From the NCBI RefSeq assembly GCF_039654945.1, contig NW_027361751.1:8184001-8248000 (forward strand): 64,000 nucleotides of DNA, read 5' to 3'. The position numbers were made by a program, and so were the translations under genes. Shown piece by piece: positions 25,623-37,659 of the stretch. The notes under the pieces are model-generated. The model did no database searches and was not told the origin of the DNA. It saw only the letters and a program-made list of their open reading frames with translations. Source of the stretch: Dendrobates tinctorius. Taxonomy: Eukaryota. The first letter of the stretch is position 1. Every line of letters starts with the position of its first letter.

Positions 25623-27079
25623 CAGTGGGTACAGGAAGTATTCAGACCCCTTGAAATTTTTCACTGTTTTATTGCATCCATTTGGTAAATTAAAAAAAGT
25701 TCATATTTTTTTCTTATTAATGAATGTACACTCTGCATCCCGTCTTGACTAAAAAACAAATGTTGAATTTTTTGCAAATTTATTAAAGAAGAAAAACTGA
25801 AATATTTCATGGTCAAAGTATTCAGATCCTTTGCTCAGACACTCATATGTAAGTCACATGCTGTCCATTTCCTTGTGATCCTCCTTGAGATGGTTCTACT
25901 CCTTCATTGAAGTCCCGTTGTGTATAATTAAACTGATGGGTGTGTGCCTTTAAAACTTAAGTCATGTCAGACCAAATGAGAATCATGAGGTCAAAGGAAC
26001 TGGCCAAGGAGCTCAGACAGAATTGTGGCAAGGCACAGATCTGGCCAAGGTTACAAAAGAATTTCTACAGTACTCAAGGTTCCTAAGAGCACAGTGGCCT
26101 CCATAATCCTTAAATGGAAGAAGTTTGGGACCACCAGAAGTCTTCCTAGACTTGGCCGTCCAGCCAAACTGAGCAATCGTGGGAGAAGAGCCTTGGTGAG
26201 AAAGGTAAAGAAGATCCCTGAGATTACTGTGGCTGAGCTCCACAGATGCAGTAGGGAGATGAGAGAAAGGTCACCACCACCAGTCGGGCCTTTATGGCAG
26301 AGTGGCCCGAAGGAAGCCTCTCCTCAGTGCCAGACATGAAAGCCCGCATTGAGTTTGCTAAAAACACATGAGGGACTCCCAGACTATGAAAAATAAGATT
26401 CTCTGGTCTGATGAGACGAAGATAGAACTTTTTGGTGATAGAAAATTCTAAGCAGTATGTGTGGAGAAAACGAAGCACTGCTCATCACCTGCCCCATACA
26501 ATCCCAAAAAGTGAAACGTGGTGGCAGCATCACGCTATGGGGTGTTTTTCAGCTGCAGGGACAGGACGACTGGTTGCAATTGAAGGAAATATGAATGCGG
26601 CCAAGTTCAGAGATATCCTGGATGAAAACTTCTTCCTGAGTGCTCTGGACCTCAGACTTGGCCAAAGGTTCACCTTCCAACAAGACAATGACCCTAAGCA
26701 CACAGCTAAAATAACAAAGGAGTGGCTTCAGAACAACTCTGTGACCTTTCTTGACTGACCCAGCCAGAGCCCTGACCTAAACCCAATTGAGCATCTCTGG
26801 AGAGACCTGAAAATGGCTGTCCACCAACGTTCATCCAACCTGACGGAACTGGAGAGGATCTGCAAGGAAGAATGGCAGAGGATCCCCAAATCCAGGTGTG
26901 AATAACTTATTGCATCATTCCCAAGCAGACTCATGGCTGTACTAGCTCAACAGGATGCTTCTACTCAATACTGAGCAAAGGGTCTGAATACTTATGACCA
27001 TGTGATATTTGTTTTTCTTTAATAAATTTGCAAAAATTTCTACATTTGTTTTTTTCAGTCAAGATGGGGTGCAGAGTGA
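25623..27079 (+). mobile_element. Tc1-like transposon with frameshifted transposase
   Basis: TA-CAGTGG left end; [35 protein letters not shown]. Confidence 0.9.
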
Positions 27080-27084
27080 AAAAA

Positions 27085-28330
27085 GCAAGGTTTTTTTCAA
27101 GTGTTACTAACAAGTGTAGAACCAACATGCACTTACTACCAAAATGTTTAATAATTATAATTTTCTACAATTCAATATACATCAATTCATTAATTGCAAC
27201 ACAACTAACGTGGTATACAATATCAATTGCATAAGTTATCAAATATGTTATACGGGCTGTACCACTCGGAAATTGAAGATACGCATTTCCGAAAATATTG
27301 GTGATATAATAAACAACAATCTCTCTCTAATTGTAATATCTCCACAGCAGCCAGACATTTCACAACTCTCCATGCAGGCAATACAACTTCTTTTCAGGTC
27401 TAAAACATGTCAGTAAGGCTGGTTTCACATTAGTGTTTTTAGCACAGCGCATCGTGCGCGTCCATGCGCCCCTATGTTTGACATGGGGGCGCACGGTCTA
27501 GCGTTTGCATGCGTTTTCGTGTGCATGCATTTTTTTGTAGTGTGCGCCTAGGCGCGCCGGACGCAACCTGTTGCATTTTTGGTCCGTCCAACCTGTGTAA
27601 AAAAAAAAAAAAAAAACGCATGTGCACGGAATGCGCCATAATAACACATTACAGTTTATGGGAACGCAGGCGTGCCCATAGACATGCGCACGCCTGCGTT
27701 TAAAATCGCATGCGTTTTAAGAGTTAACATGGCTAGAAACTGGTTAAAACGCATGCAAAACGCATGATGCGTTTTTTGCATGCGTTTCTATTGCGCACGA
27801 AGCGCAGGACTAAAAAAACGCTAATGTGAAAGTAGCCTGAGCCTCCGCTGCGTGGAGGGGATGTCAGACGTTGGCTCCTCACGCATGAGGCTTCTTGGAT
27901 TTATAACCTGGATACTCGGTGTTTCAAACGGCCTTAACAAGCGTTTACAAAATAATGTTTCATTATTGAAGTTGGATTGGTTTTATATATCTTTATATGT
28001 TCTTTTGAATGAGCATGTCTTTGATCATTGTATTTGACCATTCATGTACATGACTTTTTGTTACAATGTGAGTTCATGTACCTTTTATAGTGCACTGCTA
28101 TTTGATCTTTTAGAACCCTTCAGAAAGTCATCTGACAGGGGATTAATTGATTGGTTTTTGCACACTATAAGGATTTCCTGTTGCTACATGAGGTTTAGCT
28201 TTGATAACGATCTATGTACAGATCAAAACGCATTGCTATGTACCCCCCCTTCTTTTTTTTGTCCACAGACACTGGTGAGGAAATTCCTCCAATACTACTT
28301 TATCATGGATTAATAAAGATTGAAAGGAGC
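27085..28330 (+). mobile_element. Penelope-like element 3' fragment (GIY-YIG endonuclease plus 3' UTR), split by MITE 27417-27838
   Basis: FINCNTTNVVYNINC...YTGCTTRKLKIRISE, then RGGD...EASWIYNLDTR..NGLN; decayed hammerhead at 28196-28238. Confidence 0.8.
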
Positions 28331-28439
28331 TGGAACACCAATCATTCATCCTTTTCGTGCTTCATGTCCCGTCAACACGAAGTTCCGTGCACCTGTGTGT
28401 TAGTGAGCTGGCTGTGGCTTGTAGCTGTTTTTTCCTTAT

Positions 28440-29487
28440 TTTGTATTGGCCAAAATCTTGCGATACATGACCCCATCCATACTCCCTTCAATACAGTGCA
28501 GACGTCCTGTCCCCTTTCCAGAAAAGCACCCCCAAAGTATGATGATTCTCCCACCATGCTTCACGCTTGGAAAGGTGTTGGGTTGTATACATCCTTCTTC
28601 CTCGAAACATGGCAAGTGTAGTTGATACCAAAAAGTTCTGTTTTGGACTCCTCTGACCATGACTTTCTCCCATACCTCATGATCGTCCAGATGGTCATTG
28701 GGGAAGTTCAAACAGGCCTGGACATATGCAGGCTAGAGCAGGGGGAACTTGGGTGCCCTGCAGGATTTTTATCCATGATAGCATAGTATGTTAGTAACTG
28801 TAATGATTGAGACTGTGGTCCCAGCTCCCTTCGGGTCATTGACCAGGTTCTCCCGTGTAGTTCTCAGCTGATTGCTGATCTTTCTCAGAATCGTCTATAC
28901 CCTACGAGGCGAGATCTTGCATGGAGCCACAGACCAAGAAAAATTGACTGTCTTGTGTTTCTTCCATTTTCTAATAATTGTGTCAATGGTTGTTTCCTTC
29001 TCACCAAGCTGCTTGCCTATTGTCCTATAGTCCATCCCAGCCTTGTGCAGGTCTACAATTTTATACCTGGTGTGCTTAGACAGCTCTTTGGTGTTGGCCG
29101 TGGTGGAGAGGTTGGAGTGATTGTGGTGTTGGCCGTGGTGGAGAGGTTGGAGAGATTGTGTGTGGACAGGTATCTTCTAAACAGGTAACGAGTTTGCACA
29201 TGTACAATTAATACAGATAATGAGCGCAGAGTAGGAGGGCTTCTTAAGGAAAACTAACAGTTCTGTAAGAGCCAGAATTCTTGCTGGTTGGTAGCTGATC
29301 AATTACATATTTCATGCAATAAAATGCAATTTAAGTAACAATCATACAATGTTATTTTCTGTTTTTATTTTTAGATTCTGTCTCTCACAGGTGAAGTGTA
29401 CCTACGATAAAAATTACAGATCTCTCCATTCTTTGTAGGTGGGAAAACTTTCAAAATCGGCAATGCATCAAATTAATTTCCCCACTG
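28440..29487 (-). mobile_element. Tc1 fragment, same family as 9967-11921
   Basis: Shared terminal sequence ending CCCCACTG-TA; VKHGG..LWGCF motif. Confidence 0.85.
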
Positions 29488-29488
29488 T

Positions 29489-29720
29489 AGTATAATACAC
29501 TCCCCATAGTCCTCCATATAGTGCAATGCACTCCCCATAGTATAATGCATCCCGTAGTCCTTTAATATAGTATGATGCATTCCCCATAGTCCTTGATACA
29601 GTATAATGCAGGTCCCATATAGTATAATGCACTTCCCATTGTCCTCGATAGAGTATAATGCAGCCCACATATAGTATAATGCACCCCATAGTCCTCGATA
29701 GAGTATAATGCAGCCCACAG
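29489..29720. repeat. Degenerate minisatellite (CCCATAGTCCT../AGTATAATGCA units)
   Basis: Repeated AGTATAATGCA motif. Confidence 0.75.
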
Positions 29721-30758
29721 TCCTGCAGTGTTTTGGCCAACACGAACTCACTGATATAAAAAAAAAAAATACAATACTTGCCTCTCCCTGTTCCCCAGCT
29801 CCTACAGTCTCTGCAGCTTCAATGCCCGTCACAGTATGTTGTTCGATGAGGCAGAAGTGGAATGAAGGGAGAGGGAACATCATCTGATGCTCTTTCCGCC
29901 ATCATTGCTTTCAACTGTATTGGCTTCTCTGATGCTGATACAGTTGAATGTGAGGGGCTGGCACCGAGCCCGCCTGACTCACGGGCCCCATAGCGGCTGC
30001 CCGGTGTGCTGCTGTTAGTGGCACGCCACTGGCTGGGGGAGCTGGGGCCCTGGGCAAATGTGGATCTGCAAATTTTTTGATGACAGATAGTTCTAATTAC
30101 CATATATCACCAGCTTATTGCCACGAAAATCCAAAGGCCATGTCCCCGCACAGCATTCCACTAAAAGTTTTCTTTAGTAAAAAAAATCTGATGCGTGTAA
30201 CAGTTCAAGCACTGGCTGTGATTATATAAAAACATCTTTTTATCACATTTTCCCTATGGTTTTTATGGGGAGCCTGAAAAAATTAATGTTAAGCACAATT
30301 GCATTGGTCTCCAGGTTTTTGCTACCTCATCTGAGAGCAGCATAATATAGGAAAAGAGGCCCTGAAACCAATGATGTAACCCTTTATAACAGCTGCTGCA
30401 CTAGTAAACTATCCAGAGTTATAAGATGTAGTGGAGCTCCCTCACCCACACCACAGCTTTCTGTGTAGATTGTATGTTGACAGTGAGCTGCTAATCAGAA
30501 GAGGGGGTAGATCGGACCAGGGCTCATGTGCACTATGGTCCCAGCGGTGATAATCTCCTTGCGATAAAACCTTCATTGTATGGAAACATCAGCACACACA
30601 CACACACAGCCTGATATATCATTGAACTTTGTATTTCAGCCTCTATTTCCTGATGTCTTCAAATAACATGGCAAACAGGTTCCCTAAAACGCATGAAATA
30701 AAAGAAACTCTATTAAATCTACAAAAGGGGGAAAAAAAAAGCAACAAGAACCACAAGT

Positions 30759-31355
30759 ATCAAAACAACCATACCCTACACGGATACTAGGAATGTTTCA
30801 AGAAAAGGATTTTTTATAAAAATTTATTAGTCAACATTTAAAGTTTACATTTTATAGGTTCCTTTTTGAAGAAGGAACACCGAAACGCGCGTCAGGGGAT
30901 ACGTGGTAGGTCCCGAAACCGCAGCACAGGTACTTTGACATGTCATGCACATAAGGGTGGTGAACTTTTTTCGTGTAACAAGCCCTATACTATTTGGTCT
31001 CTGCTTCTGATGAGATTCAGTTAGCACATTGACACTTTATGGCAGGCTATGGTCAGGCGCCATGATGCACTGTTTGGAATGCATTGTATACATTGATGCT
31101 GCTTTTTATTAGTTACAAATTTGTGCAACTTTATGAGGAGTTTGAATGCTGATGAATACATGAATTTCATGTTCCACCCAGCACCGTATATATAATTGGT
31201 TTTGTGACCTGGCTGCTTGTTTTTTTATTCCCACCTGTTTTGGATTGATCTATGAGCACCTATATTATGTAAACTTTAAATGTTGACTAATTTATTTGTA
31301 TAAAAAAAACTTTTCTTGAAACATTCCTAGTATCCGTGTAGGGTATAGTTTTGAT
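30759..31355 (+). mobile_element. Second hammerhead-bearing non-coding fold-back element
   Basis: Inverted repeat ~30759-30850 vs ~31268-31355; hammerhead immediately inside the junction; T-rich body. Confidence 0.7.
30860..30899 (+). ncRNA. Minimal hammerhead ribozyme variant (UUGAAGA core)
   Basis: TCCTTT-TTGAAGA-A-GG(AACA)CC-GAAA-CGCGCG-TC^AGGGGA. Confidence 0.65.
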
Positions 31356-32015
31356 GTATGTGCGGAATGTGACCCAGGTTTGAGGTCAAGGACTATAATG
31401 TTTAAAAGAACCGCAAGCAGATTGCTATCTCATATTTTCCTACAATCGTAGGGTTATTGTTTTTGCACATGGGAGCATGGCTTTAGGACATGGGTCAGCA
31501 GGAAGGTTCTGTTTTGTTAAGCACAGCGGCATCTTTTATCGTTTGCTGTCTGTGAGATTCACTGTGGCATAAACTGACACGATTTCAGATCTGCAGCTCC
31601 AGTGAATTTACACTGGATTTAATCCGCAGCTTTTTAATTGGACTCAGTTATGGTGCAAGCAGTGGAATATTTGCTGTATATTTGCCTGGTGGAAATGAGG
31701 CCTAAAACATGGATTGTTGGCCAAACTTGAGCGCTGCATATGATCTACACATTGCTTTTACACCACAGCTCAACCCGGGCTGATGTGTGACGCAGTTTTC
31801 ATTCTGACAGTTTGGTGGCTGTGCTGTTTGGTTGCCTTCACATATTGCAACGCTGCAGGTTTTTTGCTGCCACTGGGGCAAAAATTTACCACTTTGCTGC
31901 GATTTTCAAAAAACGTGGCCAAAACGTTCCATTTTTACTGCAATCACTGTAAAGAAACGCAATGTGTGAACACAGCATTAGCCTTATGTGACTTGACGGA
32001 ATCCAAATTCTTTTA

Positions 32016-33121
32016 CAGTGCCTTGAAAGCGTATTCATACCCCATGAACTTCAAAGTATTTTATAGGGCTTTTATGGGATACTTGCTACTTTGAAGGTAT
32101 ATTTGTGACGTGTAAGAAAACTATACATGGCTTTCTAATTTTATAAATATCAATCTGAAAATTGTAACGTGCATTTGTATTCCTTCTCTCTTAGTCAATA
32201 CTTGGTAGGACCACCTTTTGCTGAAATTACTGCTGCAGGTCTTTTGGGGTCCGTCCCTACCAACTTTGTACATCTAGAGGCGACATTTTTGCCGATTCTT
32301 CTTTGCACACTAGATCAGTGAGATTGGATGCAGGCGTCTGTGAACAGCAATTTTCTCGTCTTGCTGCAGATTCTCAGTGGGATTTAGGTCTGGACTGTGA
32401 TTGGCGCCATTCGCACACAGGAACATGATTTGATCTAAACCATCCACTGTAGCTCTGGCAGTATGTTTAGGGTTGTTGTCCTGCTGGACGGTGAACCTAT
32501 GCCCGAATCTCAACTTTTCAGTCCTCCTCAGTGCTCCCCCCATCCTCCTCTGTCATACTCGCCCTCCTCGTGCCATTGCTGAACATCCCTGTTAATAAAT
32601 ATGCCTCCATGGCAATGGGATTGGAGTCACGTCCATATTCGTTACCTTAATGGTACCATGTGACTGCTCAACACAGGAAGAAGCTGCCAGCCCTGGGACA
32701 ACGGAGGATGCAGGGACGTTCAGCGATGGCATTAGGAGGGTGATTATGATGTCCCAGCCACCGGCTCCTGCCGCCGCTCCCCCTCCACTGCCGGCTTTCT
32801 GGACCGTGACTCATGTATAAGCCGAGGGGGGCATTTTCAGCACAAAAAAAGTGCTGAAAATCTTGGCTTATACACGAGTATATACGGTATGTGACTTCTG
32901 GAGGCAATTTGTTATTTAGGGATTTCAGACTACAAATGCACGTGACAATTTTCAAACTCGTGTTTTTTTTTAAATATTTAGAAAACCATGCATTATTTCC
33001 TTTACACTTGACAAATATTTTCTACTTTGGTATTGTACATAATACACCCAAAATGTACATTTACGCTTGTCAGTGTTATATGGAGAAGTTCACAGGGTAT
33101 GAATACTTTTTCAAGGCACTG
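32016..33121 (-). mobile_element. Deleted Tc1-like element with a nested insertion (~32540-32887)
   Basis: TA-CAGTGCCTTGAAA...TTTCAAGGCACTG-TA; QQDNNPKH, SPDLNPTE remnants. Confidence 0.8.
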
Positions 33122-33377
33122 TAGGTGCAATCACTTTACAAGCAGAATATCAGTGTTTTGGTCACAGAGCAGCTGCAAAAGTGTAATCTCAGCCTGAGCG
33201 AATCTAAAGTGGTGCAACTTGGAACTAACTCAATCAGCCACACATTTCACTCGTAGCAGGGGTTAGGCCACATTCACATGGTCAGTATTTTCTAAGTATT
33301 TTACCTCAGTATTTATAAGCCAAAACCAGGTGAGGAACAATCAGAGGAAAAGTATAATAGTGTGAGGGTGATCTTTT

Positions 33378-33805
33378 AGGGCAGTTTCACACGTCAGTGT
33401 CTCCGGTACGTGTAGTGACAGTTTTCTCACGTACCGGAGACACTGACACACGTTGACACATTCGAATGAATGTGTCTATGCAGATGTCAGCGTGTTTTCA
33501 TGGACCGTGTGTCCGTGTGCAAAACACGCTGACATGTCCGTTTTTGTGCAACAGCACAGATCACACGGACCCATACAAGTCAATGGGTCCGTGTAAACAC
33601 GTACCGCACACGGATGCTGTCCGTGTGCGTTTTGAAAAGTCAAAGGGTTAACATTGAAAATAATTTTTCAAAAACACAGACACGGACAGCACACGGACAG
33701 CACACGGATGGTACACACGGACGGCATATGTATGCACACGGAAACTGATAGCTCCGATACCGGTTTTTCCGGTACCGGAATTATCTGGACGTGTGAAACT
33801 GCCCT
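33378..33805. mobile_element. Harbinger-type MITE
   Basis: GGGCAGTTTCACACGTC...GACGTGTGAAACTGCCC TIRs, TTA-type flanks. Confidence 0.75.
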
Positions 33806-35177
33806 TAAGGTGAGATCTAAGTGATTGCCCGTCCCTGACCTAATAAATATGAGCCGAGTGCATGCTTAGAAGAGTTACATCAGACAAAGTCAGATGTGAG
33901 GTCCTCTCTCGGCGAGAGCTGGCACTGAACTTTATTTAGTACAAAAGATCATGTAACAGACAGGTAAAGGGCGTCGCACAACTCCTGAGTAGCAATGGTG
34001 TCAGTCTGTGATAGGTCCATGCTAACTCCATCTATATATACTGCTCAGAAAAATAAACGGAACACTAAACAATACAATGAGCAGTCAGGGTTCTCTGCAG
34101 AGGATTCCTGCTTTCCATCCCAGTAGATGGTGCTGCAACATCAGACATTAAAGGGGTACTCCAATTTGACTATCTTATAATATAATCAACAGTTGGGACT
34201 TTCGACCACTGTCCCCGAATCCCATGAGGCACCATGGCAGTGTTACTTGCGCAGGCGCAGTTCGTGGTCGTAAGTGACATTCACGTCACCGCTATTCCCG
34301 CGCATGTGCAGTAACAGCCACAACTGTGCTCTACCCGTGCATGCGCGGTAATGACGCGGCTGTTACTGCGCCTGCGTAGGGAATAGGGGTGACGTGGATG
34401 TTGCACCGCACTCCCGATACGATAGCATCGGGCCTATTTCTAGTTCCATATATAGTCTTCAGTGTATCTACTTCACATTCCAAAGATTCCTTCAAGGGCG
34501 TTGTTCCAGGATACAGACGCCATCTTGTCACACCACATCTGAGCTAGCTTATGTAAGGTTAACAATTGATTTCAGTAGCCATTCTCTCCTTCACAATAGA
34601 ACAAGTCACCCACTCCTGATTTTGGCTTACAAATACTGAGGTAAAAAAACTGACCAAATACTGAACGTGTGAACGTGGACTTGCATCTAGTTTACCAGCA
34701 ATGGAGCTTCTGCTAATAGAGGATGTTAACTCCCATTTCCTGCCTGTATGACCTATGCCTCTTAATGAGACCTTGCATTTCCAAAATACAGTATTTACTG
34801 GAAAAATATATTGGTGGTGTGTTATTAAAGTCAGGAATACACAATTTCAGGGAAATAGAAATATTCAAAAGTGGCTTTACTTCAATAAACTGGAAAATGT
34901 TCCCATTACCATGGACTCCTCGCAGGTTTCCATCACGTAACTCTTGTGCTCTTTGCTAGATTCTGACAATTCAGTGCCAATGTGTAAGAAACATGGGACT
35001 CAGGTAAAACACAAATCAGAAAAATAACATGAACCATAAAACTTTAAAATTGGACAGATACAAATGTCTGTGACCTATGTTGCACAACTTTATAGAACTT
35101 TAAAAAAAAAAAACTAGATTATTATGTCTTACAAATAGTGTGTGAAGGAGAACAGGTACATTGCATACTGCCTTCAA

Positions 35178-35711
35178 CTAAGCTGATAACTTGGTTCTTC
35201 GCTTGGGTGGTCCTTTGTAGGCCCTGGCCTTCCGGCGCAGACCACCTCTTCTGTCTACTATGGGGGCCTCTGTTTCCACTTCTTCTGAACTGCTCTCGCC
35301 ACCTCTCTCTCTATTTTTCTGGGCTGACTGATTGGTCTCCACGGACCCTTCAGACTGTTCTCCAGAAATGCTCCTCTGTCCGTCAGATTGTTGCTGCAAC
35401 ACTACGTCCTGAAGTTCAACCACAAGATGAGGACCTTGCCGGAGAAGAGGCAATGTTTCTGCAGAAACGTGAACTGTTGTTTGATTGATGTCCAGGGTGG
35501 ATGTTTTATCAGTGGTTGGACACGCATCTGTAGAATTACCCTCGGTGTAGCCAGGAAGACCATTATCTGTCGTGTCTTCACCTGGCAGACATGCTTCAGT
35601 TGATTTTGCTGCCATTTTCTCTTTGGGTTCCTCATCTTGTATTTCTGTTTCTTCTACTTCGGTTGTGATGTTTTCTTGTAAGGAAGTGTTCTGGTCGTCT
35701 GGCTTAAGGAC
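35178..35711 (-). CDS. FAM169A: FAM169A (soluble lamin-associated protein) terminal coding exon
   Basis: Acidic region ending EAPIVDRRGGLRRKARAYKGPPKRRTKLSA*, like the FAM169A C-terminus; TTTACAG acceptor; synteny with NSA2/GFM2. Confidence 0.88.
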   Translation of the reverse strand, partial: VLKPDDQNTSLQENITTEVEETEIQDEEPKEKMAAKSTEACLPGEDTTDNGLPGYTEGNSTDACPTTDKTSTLDINQTTVHVSAETLPLLRQGPHLVVELQDVVLQQQSDGQRSISGEQSEGSVETNQSAQKNRERGGESSSEEVETEAPIVDRRGGLRRKARAYKGPPKRRTKLSA

Positions 35712-37659
35712 CTGTAAAGGATCACACAAAGCAAAGTTACAGGGACCACTTCATATATAGACCTCATCAAGTAGGACTTTCTCATCCATTCACACAAGTT
35801 TGGTAAATTGGCTGTACAGTTTTAGGAATGTAGACGTGTTAAGCCTGATGAATGGGGTCAACTCCTGTACACATACATATAAAGGTAAGTATGGCATTAT
35901 TCGGCACTCTATGGTTGTAGAGAGTGCTCTATGTGGTAAAGTTTTTCTGAATGTTTCCATGCGGTCTTAGTATAGGGTAAAATATGTCAATATAAGTTCC
36001 TTAGCCCGGGATTAGATTTGCGGGAAACTTGGACAAGTCTTGCACGTCAAGCACTGCCACCGGCACTCGGATCGGAGCGTTCAGCTGCATAGAAATACAT
36101 GCAGCTGAACACTCTGATCCGAGTGCTGGCGGCAATGCCGGTTATTGACGTGCGAGACTCATCCGAGTTTATCGCAAGTCTGATCCCGGCCTTAGATATA
36201 AGTGAACTGGTTCTTAATCGGTTGTGGACCATCAAGAATCCGCCTGGACCGCCCAGACCAGAATCTGCAGCTGCAGAGAAATGTGCATCTGTCGCAGCTG
36301 ATTACACAACGCTGTATATAGCAGTGGCACATAGACAGTAGGTGAAATAAGTATTGAACACGTCACCAATTTTCTAAGTAAGCACTGCCCCCTTTTGTAC
36401 GCATGGTGATGCGTCTCCGCAAGATAAATAGACATGCTGCGGTCTATAAAGTGCGTTTACATGGGTCTGCCACCTGCGTCTTTGTACGCATAGTGGAGAT
36501 GAGATTTCATAAATTCCCCTCCACTGTGCTGTAACATCTGGATGCTGCGGACTGGACGCTGTGGCTGTACGCAGCGTCCAATTTGCAGCAAATCCAGACG
36601 GTAGAAACATACCCTTATAATGAGAGATGGCACAGGGAAAAAGTATTGAACACATGAACAAAGAGAGATGCAAAAGCCATGGAGAGTCATGACACCAGCA
36701 GAAATCCATCAGTAATGGCTTAGACCAGTATTGGTCAGGTGCAGTCCAATTTTTTCACGGACCCATAACTTGCATTGCCGATTTTAATCCAACATTCAGA
36801 AAATTGGACGTCTGCGTGATTTTCCACCAACTAATCGCTCAGCAAAAATTCACGCAGAAAAAAACGTGCGGTTTCTGGGAAGGAGTCCGGTTTTTATGTA
36901 GAAATTTTCTGCCTACATGTGCACATAGCCTTATAGTCTTTATGGCTTCAGAGACAAACCACAGTGATCAGAATTGGCGACATCCGCCGTACAGGTAGAG
37001 TGGATGTGTGCATTGCAAGCACCAACCAGGCTCCATGCAGGGGTGGCCTGTGTTATACAGCCAGCACCAACGCCTCCGATCACAACAGTTTACCCTGTTA
37101 AATGCAACTGTCAATAGTGACAACAGCATTCCAGAGGCTGGAGATGGGTGGATGTGACCCTTCCGATGTACGTACCTATCTCCCCAACACCTCGGCAACA
37201 TGATTGCGGGGTCTTCATGTCATTGCCATGGTAGACTGGGTCACGAACCTACTGAAGTCCACAGTGTCTGCCATGTTTCTGCACCTAAATAGGTTGGCAA
37301 TTTTACAATAATGCAAGTCATCACAGTTTCCTAAAGGGGGGCAATAAAAATGTAAAAAAAACTAAATCTAAGATCTATATAGCTGCCTGAGTAACTGAGC
37401 TAAGAAAATGTCAAAAAATGTATCACATTTGGTGAACGATAAAAGAAAGAATATCCAAATGACAGAATCTTTTTATTTTTTGGAGTCTTTACCTGGATAG
37501 AAGTCGATAAAGTCATAAAGACCCCATAATGGTGATGACAAAACCTACTGCTCGCACTGCAGAAAGCAAGCCCTGATACAACGCTATCGACCGAAAAATA
37601 AAAATGTAGGAAGAATCGAAAGCAGAGGAGAGCACATTGGGACTCAGGCCTGGAGCAGC

